Shown piece by piece: positions 59,901 through 64,000 of a stretch of 64,000 nt of DNA (position 1 is its first letter; the number at the start of each line of letters is the position of its first letter). The stretch comes from Azolla caroliniana (lineage: Eukaryota > Plantae > Polypodiophyta), in the NCBI GenBank assembly GCA_043228905.1, contig JBHGNT010000017.1, forward strand, positions 13,516,001-13,580,000, written 5' to 3'. The notes under the pieces were generated by a model, which saw only the letters and a program-made list of their open reading frames with translations, had not been told where the DNA came from and did not search any database. The translations under genes were made by a program, and so were the position numbers.

Positions 59901-61187
59901 TGATGAGTCCATCGCTGCATGAGTTTGAGAAGATGATTCCATTTAATGTTGTCCCTATAAAACATAAAAAAGAAAGCATAATTATGTATATAATACACAT
60001 ATTTTGTCCATAAGATAGTAACTTACTAACTACCATGACTATGACTCATATATGCATGATTGCATCCTCTTATTAATTAAAATGGTCATATTGCATACAC
60101 ACATCTACATATTCTTTATCACACCCTATAAGCCATGTGCATGCATGTTCATATCAAATTGGGAAGTAGGAATAACTAATTGCCTCTTCATGAATTTGTT
60201 TAGTGCTGAAAATTGGCAATAGAACATAATAGGAATACATGGTTTAGATAATCAAAATAGACAATCTCCTTTTGCATAGGCAACCAGGACCATACTAACA
60301 TAAGGCTATGCCATTAATAACAATAGTAAACAACATTGTAAGTACTATGCAAATACAATGCAAACAAGTTAAAAAGCTCACAAAAACTACTAGATTCGAA
60401 TGATCTCAAGCAAGAGAAAATATGCACAAGTAGAGGCAACACCAATATATACAATCAAACTAGGAAATATATACAATATAAGCCATTTTTAAAACATTCC
60501 TAAAGAATCCATGGTAAGCTTTCGGTTCTTTCAATCTTTGATTTTTGAGAAGTGAAATACCATTAAAGAATATATTCCAAAAGGGCATGATAGAGTAATT
60601 TTCTTTGCGAAAGTTTTTGAGAACTATTTAATTCCAAATGCATCGCATGCAACTCTTTGTTGGCTTCAATGTGGTGAAAGGAATGAGATGAGAGACTTAA
60701 CTGATGACTTGAGCTAAAATCTAAAATAAAAATGAAGAGAACAACCATTCTATTTTTGTTAATGCATTTGTTGGGAACCCTCAATCTGAGGAAAAAACTC
60801 ACAAAACATGTTCTAATACCCGTGTAATGGTGACTATACTCGATCCTAATACCCAACACACACATTTACTAATATAATTGTATGTTTCACACGAGAGAGA
60901 GAGAGAGAGAAATGCAAGGAAAAAAAGAACCAAATTTCGGAATCGGTCTCTCAAGTCGTAGTGTCTGTGTGTGTTATGTTTTGTATGTGTGTGTGTGTGT
61001 TTTTGCGAGGCGGTAATTTTGATTCTCGTTAAAGAAAATAAACTTTCCTACTTAACCCAATTATCCTTTTCCTTTTCCGTATTCATTCATTCTTAACTAT
61101 GTTTCTTTCTTTCTCTCCCTCCCTCACTTTCTTAATTTCCTTTCTTTCTCTCCATCTCTCCTCCCGCCACCGCCGCCAAAATTCTCC
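56908..61187 (-). mobile_element. hAT DNA transposon (decayed)
   Basis: Subterminal GGTTCGGTTT/AAACCAAACC arrays at 56920-57170 plus transposase exons; exact termini unresolved. Confidence 0.8.
57850..59942 (-). pseudogene. hAT transposase (BED finger, DDE, dimerisation domain), frameshifted, with intron about 58425-58507
   Basis: W..H..CHVC..HLTEKH, ITFDGWS, NFDGASD, RCMC/HTFQL, DVVTRWNST, YPTLS, DPLQWW..YLAILASSVLAE. Confidence 0.88.
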
Positions 61188-64000
61188 CTCGACGGAGCCA
61201 TCGGTGTTGTATTTCACCTTATACACCCATCTACATCCGATCGGCTTTACACCTTTCGGTACGTCAACCAGGTCCCAAGTCTCATTGTCCATTAAAGCAC
61301 ACATCTCTTCCTCCATCGCGGCACGCCAATTGACGTCTTTCGCCGGTTCTGCATAGCTCTCCGGCTCATGCACTTCTGCCACTCGTGTCATGTACACGTA
61401 ATGGTGCTTCATGTATTCATTGTACCCATACCTCTTTACGAGGTTCTTTAGGGGGGTAGATCGGCGTAATTCGTGATTACCCGATTTCATGACCTTTTCG
61501 GTCAATTTCGACCCCTTCCATGGAGGTTCCTTCCCGATTGCCCCAAAATCATATTCACTCCGATCAGACTCAGCACTACCGAAATCGTATTCCGACATTT
61601 TCTTCTTCCCTTTTCCTTTACGCTTAAACCGTCTCCTCGGTTCTTTACGTGAGGACAACATGGCCGAGTCTCCACTATTCGCCACCTCTTCATTTGGTTG
61701 GCCATTTCGGCCCAACTCCTCATTCAGGCCGCTTAGCCAAAATGAGATCGGACTCTCTGTCAGAGCTCCGATTTCCTCATCATGTAGAGGCATCTCAGCC
61801 TCGATGACCTCCTTTTCAAAATTCAGAATGGATTCTTGAGGTGTTGGAGGTGAAGGCAAGTACCACGAAGTGGACTCGTCGAACACGACATCTTGGCTTA
61901 CGTGAACTTCCTTCGTTCGGGGGTTATAGCACTTATACCCCTTTTACTCATCTGGATAGCCAACCAAGATACACTTCTCAGCTTTGGCGTTCAGCTTCCT
62001 CCGTTTCTCCTTCGGCACATGCACGTACGTGATGCTGCCGAAAATCCTCAAGTGTGCCATGTTCGGCTTCTTGCCATAATACAACTCATGTGGCCACACT
62101 CCTCCATTAGCAGAGGTCCGATTCTATAAGTAAATAGCCATCCTTACAGCTTCAACCCAGTACAACTTCAGCATATGCTTCTCTTCAAGCATTGCCCTAG
62201 TAGCTTCTTCGATTGTCCGATTCTTCCGCTCAGCTACGCCGTTCTACTCCGACGTATATCTACACGAGAATTCGCGTCGAATTCCCTCCTTTTGTAGATA
62301 ACTCGTGAACTAGTTGGAGAAGTATTCCTTCCCGCCATTGAACCGTAGACACTTGATCTTATGCCCAATTTCCCTTTCTGCAAGGGTTTTCACCTTCAGG
62401 AACCATGCGAAGACTTCGCTCTTTTTCGCGATCAAGCATGCCCAAGTATGCCAAGGGAAGTCATCGATGAAGGTTACGAAGTAACGGCTTCCACCGAGAC
62501 TCACATTCTATGTCGGTCCCCACACATTCGAATAGATCAAATCCAACGGATTTCGACTACGATTACGCTCATTGGGGAATGGAAGTCGGCACTGCTTACC
62601 AAGTTGGCAGGCTTCGCAGACTTGGCCATTAGGGGCCCGAAATTTCAGCAAGCCGAAAACAATATTCTTCGTCTGCATTTCACGAAGCCGTGGGAAGTTG
62701 ACATGGCCGCTTGTGCTAGAGGTCAATGTCCGACTCGACCTTCTATCCTTTCGCAAACAATGTGGTTCCAACTTGATTGGTGTCGAGGATAAACATCCTC
62801 CCTTCACGACGCCCTTGCACAATAACTTGCCCTTCCTCTTCAATGTAGCACCTGAGGTGCGTGAATCGACGATCTGATTGACTGACACCAGGTTCTTGGT
62901 TATTGTGGGGACGTGAAACACGTTCATAAGTTTCCCTTTTGCCCGATGTGGCTAAGAGGAATTTCTCCGACATGTTCGATGGTATGCGGAGTGTCCTCTC
63001 CCATTTCACCGCTCCTTGCTTTTCCGGTTTCTCCAAATACGAGAACCATTCCTCATGACTCGTCATATGATTTGACGTTGCGGAATCAACATACCACACC
63101 TCGCTCGATTTCGAGGTGTTCATGGCCATCAAATTGGCCTTGTGCTTCATTACGAAGGCTAGGCCCGATCCATTTCCGACTCGTTCGGAGCCTTCGGCGT
63201 AGTGTGATTTCTGACGCCTTCTTGCCTCTCTTCCGCTCGATTTGGCTTTGTCCAAATCGGTTCTCTTCTTCCAACACTCGCTCTCCCTGTGGCCTTTCTT
63301 GCCACAATACCAACATCCGTCGCGGTCTTCTCATGCCGACTTCCAGCACCACTATGACTCCCCCTGCTTCCAGAGGGTTCGGAATTGCTTCCGGAATTTC
63401 CATTATGCCTCATGTTCTGCTCTTTTCAACCGCCTCCATTGCGCGTTGATCCACCTCGTCCGCCACAACTACGGGGCCTATCTTCCTCCGTGTACAACAT
63501 CTTGCTATCGGTGCGCGTACTCGTTCACGCACCTGCGTGATTTTCCTCCTCGAGCAACATCGACTGAAGCTCGAAGAACGAAGGCATAATCTCCCTTGTG
63601 TAGACCGTTGTCCAGAACGCTCCGAACTTTGACGCTAACCCACCAAGAAAAACCTAGACCATTTCACGTTGACGGAGGTGAGAGAGTCGCAGATCTCCTT
63701 TATTCGGGTCGTGTAATCGGCCACAGACAGATCTTTCTATCGGACATTACTGAGCTCCTATCTGAGCTGCAGCTTCCTGGCCATTGTGCTAGCGGCAAAA
63801 ATCCTCTTGAGATTTCACCCACGTGTCCTTTGGCGTATTCGCATCCCGAATGTAGCTCAAGAGCTGGTCGCTCACACAGGACGCAAAGTAATAAAGAACT
63901 CTGCTTGTCGCTTGTTCCCAAGTCGAAAAGTCTCTGTGTGTCGATTCGAGTGTTGCATCATTAGCTCCATCGACATAACTCGAGTAGCCATGACCAAGCA
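61188..64000 (-). mobile_element. Decayed copia element G (gag-PR-IN-RT start), continues past the window
   Basis: WYVDSATSNHM, CEACQLGK, YFVTFIDDF, EPESYAE..W..AMEEE..TWDLV..GCRWVYKVK; truncated at 61188. Confidence 0.9.

Overview
Plant nuclear genomic DNA, probably a fern or other non-seed plant (inferred from a Tcn1-like chromovirus, RTEX-like LINEs and gene structure; not proven). A central gene island (about 20.5-38.8 kb) holds three intact genes: a 5-exon Sec23-family COPII subunit (+), an intronless AP-3 delta adaptin (+) and a 4-exon mitochondrial glycine-rich RRM protein (-). Both flanks are nested, decayed transposons. The left flank has two Ty1/copia elements inserted in a third, a MULE/SWIM transposase split by a fourth copia, and a non-autonomous relative encoding a BED + C4 zinc-finger protein. 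The right flank has microsatellite-associated RTEX-like LINEs, an L1 remnant, a chromovirus whose LTR carries a heat-shock-element array, more copia elements, a foldback MITE and a hAT element. All calls come from manual motif reading; no database search was run.
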